DNA of 64,000 nucleotides from an uncultured Nitrospirales bacterium (lineage in GTDB: Bacteria > Hydrogenedentota > Hydrogenedentia > Hydrogenedentales > JAGMZX01). The notes under the pieces are model-generated. The model made no database searches and was not told the origin of the DNA. It worked only from the letters and a program-made list of their open reading frames with translations. Positions within the stretch are counted from its first letter, which is position 1; each line of letters starts with the position of its first letter. The stretch covers positions 11,005-75,004 of the forward strand of contig CAZMVU010000003.1 of the NCBI GenBank assembly GCA_964569295.1, in the 5' to 3' direction. Positions 1 to 7,993 of the stretch are shown here, one piece after another. The position numbers were made by a program, and so were the translations under genes.

Positions 1-415
1 CCGGCAGGCCTGTTTGTTCGGCTATCATGGCGGGCTCGCCTATTTGCAAGGTGCCGACCCGATCGTTCGTGGGCGGCGGATGATGCGCCACGGTATGGCC
101 GTGGGTCGAAACGAAATCAACCTTCACCCCGGCATTGTCGGCTTCCTTCAGCATGGCGAGGGTGGCTTCGGCGAACCGATCGCCCAGCTCGAAGTTGAGC
201 ATGCACAGCTCCCGTGCGTCGATATGCTCGGAAAGCAGCCGTGTGCGGAACCAAGGCGAGTACGGGAAATTCTGATAGGCCACGAGTTTCATGGCCAAGC
301 CCGGACCTGTGCCCTTGATGCGCACCAGGGCTGCATCGACGCCGTCGCTCGAGGTGCCAGACATAAGCCCGATCGCGAAACGGACTGGTTTTTCGCTTAT
401 GGTGCGTAGTGTCAT
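1..415 (-). CDS. anmK: anhydro-N-acetylmuramic acid kinase, N-terminal ~138 codons (gene runs off the window start)
   Basis: Absent from the ORF track because it is truncated. My minus-strand translation from the ATG (complement of 413-415) reads MTLRTISEKPVRFAIGLMSGTSSDGVDAALVRIKGTGPGLAMKLVAYQNFPYS..., with the GLMSGTSxDGxD N-terminus typical of AnmK. GAGGAGG lies 5 nt upstream of the ATG. Confidence 0.85.
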   Translation of the reverse strand, partial: MTLRTISEKPVRFAIGLMSGTSSDGVDAALVRIKGTGPGLAMKLVAYQNFPYSPWFRTRLLSEHIDARELCMLNFELGDRFAEATLAMLKEADNAGVKVDFVSTHGHTVAHHPPPTNDRVGTLQIGEPAMIAEQTGLP

Positions 416-770
416 GCTTTCCTCCTCTGGGATACCGGGTTCCCTACAGCCATTATACATGACGCGACCGCATTATTCGCCCACCCCGGTTTATGCACAA
501 TTGCGTGAATTTGCGCAAGATATGGGTGTCAACCAGGGGCCGCGACCGTGGCGTCACGAATTGTGCGTCTACCCGATACCGTATGATACTTCACCGCGTA
601 TTTACAATGCGCAGCAGTTTCGCAAAAAGAGATAGTTCTGGTGTGGGGCTCGATGCTGTCGTTACAGGCAGTCTGACACACGGGGGACCGGTACCCGCGC
701 CCGTCCGCTTGGACGCTATTGCGGTGCTTAAAGTGCGCCTGCCCGTGAATACGGCCAGGGGCGGGTGTAG

Positions 771-2612
771 TCATGTTTTCAACACGTTGCGCAGGCGCCC
801 ACCGGCTTTGCGCAGGCGCGCGCGGGCTGTGGCTACATCGACGTTTTTGCGCGCCATGACAACCGCCACGGCTATTTCATCGCCCGCCTGCTCAAGCAGG
901 TGCGCGGCACCGGCTTTGTCGCGTCCTGTAAGCGCCGCTGTGATACGGACGGCCCGGTCGCGCAGTTTTGTGTTTACCGGCCCCACACCGGCCATGAGCC
1001 CCTCGAACACATAGCCTGCGTGTGCCATGGCGCCGGTGCTGAGCATGTTCAGCACGCACTTGGTCGCCGTACCCGCCTTGAGGCGGGTGGAACCAGGCAA
1101 CGCCTCGGGGCCGGTGTCGAGGGCGATAACCACCCCCGCTTTCGCTGCGGTATCCGGGTTACAGCAGAGCAGCACCGTGGCGGCGCCCACACCGGCCGCG
1201 GCGTCAATGGCGGCCAGGGCATAGGGCGTCGTGCCGGAGGCGGTAATGCCGACGAGCACATCGTCCGGGGTTAGGCTGAGTGCGGCGACATCGTGCCGGG
1301 CGGCCTCGGGATCGTCTTCTGCACCTTCGATACTGTGTTCGAGGGCATCGCGGCCGCCGGCGAGCAACGCCACGACCCGGTCCGGCGCCACGCCGAATGT
1401 GGGGGGGCACTCCGCCGCGTCGAGTACACCGAGGCGCCCGCTCGTCCCCGCGCCGGCGTAGACGATGCGCCCGCCGCTCGCAATGGCGCGGCCGCAGTGT
1501 TTCACCGCCTCGGCGATGGCGTTCTCCGCCTGGCGCACGGACCGGGCGGCTTCTGCGTCGGCCTCGCACATACGCTGCACCATACCCTGCGCGTCGAGCG
1601 CATCGAGAGGCGGACCATCGGCGATATGTTCCGTTGGCGGCAGGCGGTTTGGCACTTGGTCCGCCGCCGCTTCCGGCACGGCGAGCCAGGGCGGTGCAGG
1701 GTTTAGCGCGGCGAGCGTGTATACGGCGTCATAGCCGTGGATGCGCAACGGAGCGGCGCTCAGCCCGCCATAATGTTCGAGGGCATTTTGGAACGCGTGG
1801 TAAAACGCCGCACTGTGCGTGAACATGCCGCCGCTGGTGAACACGGGAATATCTGCCGGCAAGGCCAGGCGGTGGACTACGGCGAATACCAGGCGCGCCA
1901 GGCGCACGGCTTCCCCCTCGAGAATCTGCCGGGCCACGCTGTCGCCCTTGTCTGCACAGGCACACACGCACTTCGCCAAGCTGGCGAGCGCTGGTTTGTC
2001 AGCCCTGTTTGCCCAGGGGATCAACTCTGTGAACCCGGGCACGCCTGCTGCTTCGGGCAAAGTGTGAGCAAGGTCTGTGCCCGGCCCGGCGCCGTCTTCG
2101 GCTTCTCCTGCCGCGGCCAACGCTGCACGTGCCACCTGGCAAGCGCTGCCCGCTTCGCTGAAGGCGGCGCCGCGCCCGCCAGCATCCGCGGTGTTGCCCT
2201 GTGCATCCTGTGCAGCGACCTTCGATCCCGTCCCCGCGATGGCCAGTACACCCGCGCCTCCGGCGGCATTGGCATGGAGAAGCGGGTGGTAATCATCGGC
2301 CACGCCAACCCGGCCAGCGCCGCAACGAACGGCGAGCGCCTTGGCGAGTTCTTCGCGCTGGACCGGATCAAAAGCCCCTGCTACGCCGGCGACGAGTGTA
2401 AGCGGCTTGCGCACGCCTTGCTCCCCGGTCATACCCCTGACAACCGCGGCAATCGTGGCAGCACTGGCGTGTAGCCCCTGCGCGACCACATTGGCGGGGC
2501 CGCCCGAGGCGATGGCGGTGAGTTCGCCTGTGGGAGCATAGAGTCCCGCGCGGGTGTGCGTGCCACCGGCGTCAACCGCCACCACCCAGCACGGTGCACC
2601 GGCCAGGCTCAT
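771..2612 (-). CDS. murQ: fusion protein: BadF/BadG/BcrA/BcrD-type sugar kinase (GlcNAc/MurNAc-kinase-like) + N-acetylmuramic acid 6-phosphate etherase
   Basis: 613-aa ORF. The N-terminal half has VVAVDAGGTHTR and LAIAGTGSK ATPase motifs. The C-terminal half has the SIS/MurQ hallmarks GRIVYAGAGTSGRLGVLDAAECPPTFGV, GITASGTTPY and GSTRLKAGTATKCVLNMLST. Its start overlaps the stop of the upstream gene by 4 nt. Confidence 0.85.
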   Translation of the reverse strand: MSLAGAPCWVVAVDAGGTHTRAGLYAPTGELTAIASGGPANVVAQGLHASAATIAAVVRGMTGEQGVRKPLTLVAGVAGAFDPVQREELAKALAVRCGAGRVGVADDYHPLLHANAAGGAGVLAIAGTGSKVAAQDAQGNTADAGGRGAAFSEAGSACQVARAALAAAGEAEDGAGPGTDLAHTLPEAAGVPGFTELIPWANRADKPALASLAKCVCACADKGDSVARQILEGEAVRLARLVFAVVHRLALPADIPVFTSGGMFTHSAAFYHAFQNALEHYGGLSAAPLRIHGYDAVYTLAALNPAPPWLAVPEAAADQVPNRLPPTEHIADGPPLDALDAQGMVQRMCEADAEAARSVRQAENAIAEAVKHCGRAIASGGRIVYAGAGTSGRLGVLDAAECPPTFGVAPDRVVALLAGGRDALEHSIEGAEDDPEAARHDVAALSLTPDDVLVGITASGTTPYALAAIDAAAGVGAATVLLCCNPDTAAKAGVVIALDTGPEALPGSTRLKAGTATKCVLNMLSTGAMAHAGYVFEGLMAGVGPVNTKLRDRAVRITAALTGRDKAGAAHLLEQAGDEIAVAVVMARKNVDVATARARLRKAGGRLRNVLKT

Positions 2613-3877
2613 TGCGCACCCTCCTTTGGCGGTGTCCAGTCCGGGCAGAACCGGGCGAGCGCGCCGGTGCGCAGCGAATTGTTTCTCGCCACGTCCTGGT
2701 AGAGAAAGGCGCTGCCGTTGGGTGTACGGGCAAGGTTTTCCCTGTCCACGTGCACCAGGCCATAGCGGTCGCGGTAGCCGCGGGTATATTCAAAGCCGTC
2801 GATAAACGAACGGTGGAAGTAGCCACGAATGTCGTGTCCCGCCGCGATGCACAGGTGCAACACATGGAGATGGTCGAGCAGGCAGACGCAGCGTTCCGGA
2901 TCCTGGCCGGTGGCGATGCCGTGGGCGGTAACAACACAAGGCCGCTCGTAACGCGCCATCTCCGTGACGACGCCGCGCAGGCCGTGCGGGTCGGGCTGGG
3001 TGCGTTCGGGGGAGATGGGCCGGCCCTGGCCGTCCACCAGGCGCATGAAGCCGCGCCGGGGACTGCCGGGCGCGAAGCGCACCCATTGGCGTCCGTAATA
3101 CGATATGCCGATGAAATCGACAGCGCCGGCGCCGGCCTCTTTGCGTACGGCCTCGAAAAAAGCGTGGTGCTGGCGCTGGCGCATACGCTGGGCGGCGCGC
3201 ACATCCCACGGGCTGTTCTCGTCGCGCGGCACGTAGCTCGCTGTCCGCACCGACAGGCCAACCCGGGCATCCGGCCGAAGGCCATGCAGGGCCTGGCAGG
3301 CGTGGGCATGGGCCCGGGCCATATGGCGGCGGCTGCGGCCTCTGCTTGATTCGCCGCCCGGCCATAAGTGTTCGACGAAGCGCATGTGCATGGTGTATTC
3401 CGGTTCCCATATCGGCAGGTACCAGCGGCAACGGTGCGCGAGCACCTGCGCCACGCGGTTCACATAGTGCCCATAATGCACCGGCGCTTGCGTGTGGCTC
3501 CACCCGCTTCCCTCGGCGAACCAGCGTGGCCGGGTGACTTCGTGCAACACGCACACCGGCATCATGCCCAAAGCGTTCACCGCGTCGAAGACCGCGGCAT
3601 AATGGTTGAGTGCCTCCGCATCGAAGGCATCGGCCGCCGGCTGGATGCGGCTCCAAGGCAGCGAGATGAGCAGCGCATTGAGCCCCAGCTTGTGCGCGAG
3701 GGTGAGATCCTCTTGCCAGCGGTTAAAGTGATCGGCGGCCCGCGCAGAGGTGGCGCCGCCCGCAATGCGGTTCGGCCGCTGTTCCCAACGCCACCAATCG
3801 CTGTGGTAGTTGGCGCCCTCGACCCGATGCGCCGAGATTGTGGCACCCCACAAAAAGCCCTCGGGAAACGTGTCCAC
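2609..3877 (-). CDS. glycoside hydrolase family 1-like protein with non-canonical catalytic motifs
   Basis: ORF track gives 2609..4018. I trimmed the start to GTG at 3877, preceded by GGGAGGAG plus a 7-nt spacer, which gives MDTFPEGFLWG..., the usual GH1 N-terminus. GH1 landmarks AADHFNRWQEDL, LPWSRIQP, DFIGISYYG and RGYFHRSFIDGFEYTRGYRDRYGLVHVD are present. NEP reads WEPE and TENG reads TAHG. Confidence 0.7.
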   Translation of the reverse strand: MDTFPEGFLWGATISAHRVEGANYHSDWWRWEQRPNRIAGGATSARAADHFNRWQEDLTLAHKLGLNALLISLPWSRIQPAADAFDAEALNHYAAVFDAVNALGMMPVCVLHEVTRPRWFAEGSGWSHTQAPVHYGHYVNRVAQVLAHRCRWYLPIWEPEYTMHMRFVEHLWPGGESSRGRSRRHMARAHAHACQALHGLRPDARVGLSVRTASYVPRDENSPWDVRAAQRMRQRQHHAFFEAVRKEAGAGAVDFIGISYYGRQWVRFAPGSPRRGFMRLVDGQGRPISPERTQPDPHGLRGVVTEMARYERPCVVTAHGIATGQDPERCVCLLDHLHVLHLCIAAGHDIRGYFHRSFIDGFEYTRGYRDRYGLVHVDRENLARTPNGSAFLYQDVARNNSLRTGALARFCPDWTPPKEGAQ

Positions 3878-4056
3878 AGCGTTGCTCCTCCCGCGTTCGT
3901 AACACTTTAGTGCCTTACACGCCAGTTTGTGCACTAAAGAATAAGAAGTTTCGGCTCGCCGGGACGCTCGCCTTTTCTTCAGAGCCAACGGCCCGCACCA
4001 GTGCGTCTTCGAGCGCACATAATGTCAGAATGGTGCGAGTCCACTCCAGAATGACG

Positions 4057-5220
4057 TCACGCTTCTGTGACGGAAGGTAACTGTGTGGCCGCAGGCGGTT
4101 CTCCGGCGGCCGCGCCCGTGGGCACGTCTTCAAAAAGGATGTCGGGGTTCGAGAAATGGTTGATGCGGAAACCGGGTGCGTAGGACATGACGGTCCGGTA
4201 GAGGGTGTCGCCGGCGTCGCTGAAGCGCCAGCCCCAGGAATAGGGGAAGATGCCGCCGCTCGCATTTTCTCGGTCGTGGGCGCACCCCATATTGTGTCCC
4301 AGTTCGTGGGCGAAGGTCTGCCCTGCAATGCAGTCGTGGTCGGTCACACTGAACCCGAGCGAGGCGGAGCTGGGGCCGTTTTCCTCCATGATCCACGCAA
4401 CGCCGCACGCGTCCCCGTCTTCCACGAGCAGGGCAACGAGGTCGGCGCCGTAGGTGTTGCGAAGACCATGGAGTTCATCCATGAAACCGTCCTCCGTGCC
4501 TGTGAGCAAGGCCAGGTCGACGCCCATATCCCCGTTTTCGACGTAGGCCGTTTCGGTCGCATGCACCAGGTTCAGTTCGACATCGATGGCACTGTTGACA
4601 TAGGCCGTGTTGGCAAGGTCAACGGCCACGGCAATTTCCGCCTCGACGCCGGCGGCGCCGCCCGCGGCCGCCCGGGTGGCGGCGGTGTAGGCCACGAGCA
4701 CATCGAGCTGCGTGGGCTCCGCAGCACGCAGTGGAGTGACCGGCCCGGCTTTGCATTCGCCGTGGGGGCTGTGCATATCCGAAGTGGCGCAGGTGGTCAC
4801 GGCAGGGGGATCGAGCTCACGCAGCATCTGACCATGGGGTGACATGCGCAGGTCGAAAAGGCGGCCGTCGCCGGTGTCTATGACCGCCATCGCCACACCT
4901 TCGCGTGTGTGCAGGGTCAGTTTGCCCTTACCTGCGACGTCAGCATGACACGTCGTTCCAATGCCGGCGTTTGCGGTCCGAGTTACGGTGGCCTTCAGCG
5001 TCTCACCATCGAACAGAGGAAGTGTCCAGGTGCTTCCAGTGGCATTGCGTGTAGAGAGTACATCGAGATCGACAAGGACCGGGCGCGCGCGCAACACCTT
5101 GGGGTCTTCCTCCGAGTGGACGTTGCGGCTGGGATCGGGCAGCAGCAAGGACGGCGGCTCTGCTTGCGCGAGGGCGAAGACGGGTATGCAAAACACAACG
5201 ATGGCAATGGTGAGACGCAC
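4057..5220 (-). CDS. secreted metzincin zinc metalloprotease (reprolysin/M12B-like)
   Basis: HELGHNMGCAHD (HExxHxxGxxHD) followed by a Met-turn-like TVMSY. The signal peptide is RLTIAIVVFCIPVFALAQA. The ORF track extends to 5340; I prefer GTG at 5220 (AGGA 8 nt upstream) because longer versions collide with the divergent helicase gene. The start is uncertain (alternatives 5307, 5340). Confidence 0.7.
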   Translation of the reverse strand: MRLTIAIVVFCIPVFALAQAEPPSLLLPDPSRNVHSEEDPKVLRARPVLVDLDVLSTRNATGSTWTLPLFDGETLKATVTRTANAGIGTTCHADVAGKGKLTLHTREGVAMAVIDTGDGRLFDLRMSPHGQMLRELDPPAVTTCATSDMHSPHGECKAGPVTPLRAAEPTQLDVLVAYTAATRAAAGGAAGVEAEIAVAVDLANTAYVNSAIDVELNLVHATETAYVENGDMGVDLALLTGTEDGFMDELHGLRNTYGADLVALLVEDGDACGVAWIMEENGPSSASLGFSVTDHDCIAGQTFAHELGHNMGCAHDRENASGGIFPYSWGWRFSDAGDTLYRTVMSYAPGFRINHFSNPDILFEDVPTGAAAGEPPAATQLPSVTEA

Positions 5221-5326
5221 GGCAGCAATCCTTTTTTGGGGGGGGATGGCTTGGATTGGCGGGATATTTGCATGTTTAGTCAATTCCCGACGCTCACATT
5301 CTAGCATACGTTTCCGCGCGGGTGTT

Positions 5327-7966
5327 ATGTTATCGCTCATTCACAACCCTGGAGCATCCGAATCCGTGTCAAAACCGCGTGGAGAACCCAGCGCCCAACG
5401 CATCACCCCCGCCGCCGCCCGGGCCATGTCCTCGGCTATCGCGGACACGGGCGGGCGCGAAGTGTTTTTTGCCGGCGGACTCGACGAAAACGGCCTCCTG
5501 ACGGACGTGCGGGTGTGCGCCCGCGGTGCGAAAGATGCCGTGCCCGCGCTGTTCGAGCAGTTACAACTCCGGGATGTGGTGGTCCACAACCACCCGAGTG
5601 GCCACCTGGCGCCCAGCCGTGCCGATCTCGATCTCGCGGCGGTCTATAGCGCCAACGGCCACGGTGTGTTCATCGTAAACAACGATTTGACCCGGGTATA
5701 TGTCGTGGTTGAACCGTTTCGGCCGAAAGACACCGTGCCGCTGGATATGGGCGCGCTGCGGGAGATGTTCGCCGAAGACGGGGTCATGTCGCGGGCGCTG
5801 CCACACTATGAAGCACGTTCAGAGCAGGTGGAAATGATGGAGTCCGTGGCGCGGGCATTCAATGGCGACGGCATCGCGGTGGTCGAGGCGCCTACGGGCG
5901 TTGGCAAAACGGTGGCCTACCTGCTGCCGGCGGTGATGTGGGCCGTACACAACAAAGAGCGGGTGGTCGTCAGCACACGGACCATTAACCTTCAGGAACA
6001 GATTGTCAACAAGGACATTCCACTGTTGCAGCGCTGCCTCGACCTCGAGTTTTCCGCGTGTCTCGTGAAAGGGCGCAGCAACTACCTGTGTCCCCGGCGG
6101 CTTGGACGGGCGCTGTCCGAAGCGACGCTTTTCGACGATAACGAGGCGGCACGCCAACTCGATGCATTGGCGGAGTGGGCGAAAAAGACGGAGGACGGCA
6201 GCCGCGAAGACCTGCCCTTCATCCCGGGCCGGCAGTTATGGGAGCGCGTGTGTTCCGAGGCCGACTCATGCAGCATGGGCCAATGCTCGGAGCAGCGCGG
6301 ATGCTTCGTGGCAAAAGCGCGGCGCACCGTGGCCAAGGCCGACATTATCGTGGCAAACCACCATATGTTTTTCGCCGACATGGCGATCAAACGGGAAATA
6401 GGGGACTTCTCGGCGTTGTCGGTATTGCCCTCGTACCAGCGGGTCATCTTCGACGAGGCTCACAGTATTGAAGACTCGGCCACGGAGTACCTTGGTGCGT
6501 TCGCAACACGCCTGGGTGCCCTGGCAACGCTGGGCCGCTTTCTGCGCATGGAACGCGGCTTGCCCCGGGGACTCCTCCCGTTTCTGCGGGTGAAGCTCGT
6601 GAAAGATTGTAAGGAACTTTCGGTTACCAACTTCGAGAAGATTCAGGAACTCATCGACAACCAACTGGTCCCCGCGCTCGAGGACGCCCGCGGACGCACG
6701 GCGGATGCCTTCGACGCCATCCGCATGGTTACCGCCGAAAAATGCCGCCAGATCGGCCGTGACATCAAGTGGCGATTGACGCAGGCCGTGCTCGACGATG
6801 CCGACCTGCGCCGGGTGCATGGGGAACACGTGCTGCCGGCGGTGGAGGCGCTGAATCACGTGGCCCAACTGGGCGGGGCATTGCTGCGGCGGCTAAAGGA
6901 AATACCATCCGACCCGGATCAGCCGGAGTCGCCCATCGCCCTGGAGATGCAGCAATTGCGGGCGTATACCGCGCGGCTCGAGCGGCTCGCCGGGGTGCTC
7001 GCCGAGGGCACAGGCCCCGATCTCGAGCAGAACACCGTGCGCTGGATCGAGATCGATGCGGAGCGCGAGCACATTGTGCGTATTGCCCGGTGTCCGCTCG
7101 AGGTGGGCAAGCCGCTCTCGGAGTGGCTCTACGGCAACCTGCGCACCGTGGTCATGACCTCCGCCACACTGGCGGTACGGCGGAAATTCGCCTACCTATA
7201 CAACCGGCTGGGGCTAGATTTGGTAGAAGACGGCCGGATCGAGGGGCGGATTCTCGATTCCCCCTTCGACTTTCGGGAACAGGCCCTGCTCGGCGTGGTG
7301 ACGGATGCGCCGGAACCGAAGGAACGCGAATTCCTCGACGACTCGGTGGCGTGTGTGCGCCACGCGTTGCGGATTACCAGGGGCCATGCCTTCGTGCTGT
7401 TTACCTCGTTTCGCGCGCTGGACCACGCTTACGGCGCGCTCCACGACGAACTGCGCGCCCGGGGCATCACCCCATTGAAGCAGGGCATGGATACCCGCTC
7501 CCGCTTGCTGGACCGCTTCCGGGAGGATTCGGCCAGTGTGCTTTTCGGCACGGACAGCTTCTGGGAGGGAGTGGACGTTGCCGGCGAAGCGTTGCAGTGT
7601 GTTATACTCCCCAAACTGCCGTTCCGGGTGCCGACCGAGCCGATACTCGAGGCGCGGGCCGAGGCTATCGAGGCGCGGGGCGGCAATGCGTTCATCAACT
7701 ATTCCGTGCCCCAGGCGGTTATCAAATTGCGCCAGGGATTCGGCCGCCTTATCCGGCGCCGCTCTGATCGTGGGGCGGTGCTCGTGCTTGACCGGCGCAT
7801 CGTCACCAAGTACTACGGCCGCATCTTTCTCGAATCGCTGCCCGATGCCTGGTTCGTGCAAGGGCCGCGACGGGCCGTGTTCGACGCTTTTGCGGAGTTT
7901 TTCGCGCACGAGGACACCGGCGGCGATGAGATGTTCGATGCGGAAGACGGGGGGTGTCCCTTTTAA
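5327..7966 (+). CDS. dinG: RadC-like JAB/JAMM domain fused to DinG/XPD-family Fe-S ATP-dependent DNA helicase
   Basis: The N-terminus has GREVFF...VVVHNHPSGHLAPSRAD, an intact E/HxH-x7-S-xx-D JAMM motif. It is followed by VEAPTGVGKTVAYLLPA (Walker A), DEAHSIED (DEAH box) and a Cys cluster (CLVKGRSNYLC ... C..SC..GQC..RGC) at the Fe-S position of XPD/DinG helicases. The start was trimmed from the ORF-track 4961 to in-frame ATG 5327. Confidence 0.8.
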   Translation: MLSLIHNPGASESVSKPRGEPSAQRITPAAARAMSSAIADTGGREVFFAGGLDENGLLTDVRVCARGAKDAVPALFEQLQLRDVVVHNHPSGHLAPSRADLDLAAVYSANGHGVFIVNNDLTRVYVVVEPFRPKDTVPLDMGALREMFAEDGVMSRALPHYEARSEQVEMMESVARAFNGDGIAVVEAPTGVGKTVAYLLPAVMWAVHNKERVVVSTRTINLQEQIVNKDIPLLQRCLDLEFSACLVKGRSNYLCPRRLGRALSEATLFDDNEAARQLDALAEWAKKTEDGSREDLPFIPGRQLWERVCSEADSCSMGQCSEQRGCFVAKARRTVAKADIIVANHHMFFADMAIKREIGDFSALSVLPSYQRVIFDEAHSIEDSATEYLGAFATRLGALATLGRFLRMERGLPRGLLPFLRVKLVKDCKELSVTNFEKIQELIDNQLVPALEDARGRTADAFDAIRMVTAEKCRQIGRDIKWRLTQAVLDDADLRRVHGEHVLPAVEALNHVAQLGGALLRRLKEIPSDPDQPESPIALEMQQLRAYTARLERLAGVLAEGTGPDLEQNTVRWIEIDAEREHIVRIARCPLEVGKPLSEWLYGNLRTVVMTSATLAVRRKFAYLYNRLGLDLVEDGRIEGRILDSPFDFREQALLGVVTDAPEPKEREFLDDSVACVRHALRITRGHAFVLFTSFRALDHAYGALHDELRARGITPLKQGMDTRSRLLDRFREDSASVLFGTDSFWEGVDVAGEALQCVILPKLPFRVPTEPILEARAEAIEARGGNAFINYSVPQAVIKLRQGFGRLIRRRSDRGAVLVLDRRIVTKYYGRIFLESLPDAWFVQGPRRAVFDAFAEFFAHEDTGGDEMFDAEDGGCPF

Positions 7967-7993
7967 CGTACCCGCAAGAAGGAGAACACAAGC

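Noticed and set aside
14-409. 131-aa plus-strand ORF at the window start
   Set aside because: It is antisense to a clear AnmK N-terminus on the minus strand. Its translation is G/R/H/A-rich with no motif.
4961-5326. N-terminal 122-codon extension of the JAB::DinG ORF
   Set aside because: It overlaps the divergent metzincin gene and reads as low-complexity R/S/G sequence. The JAB domain begins after ATG 5327.
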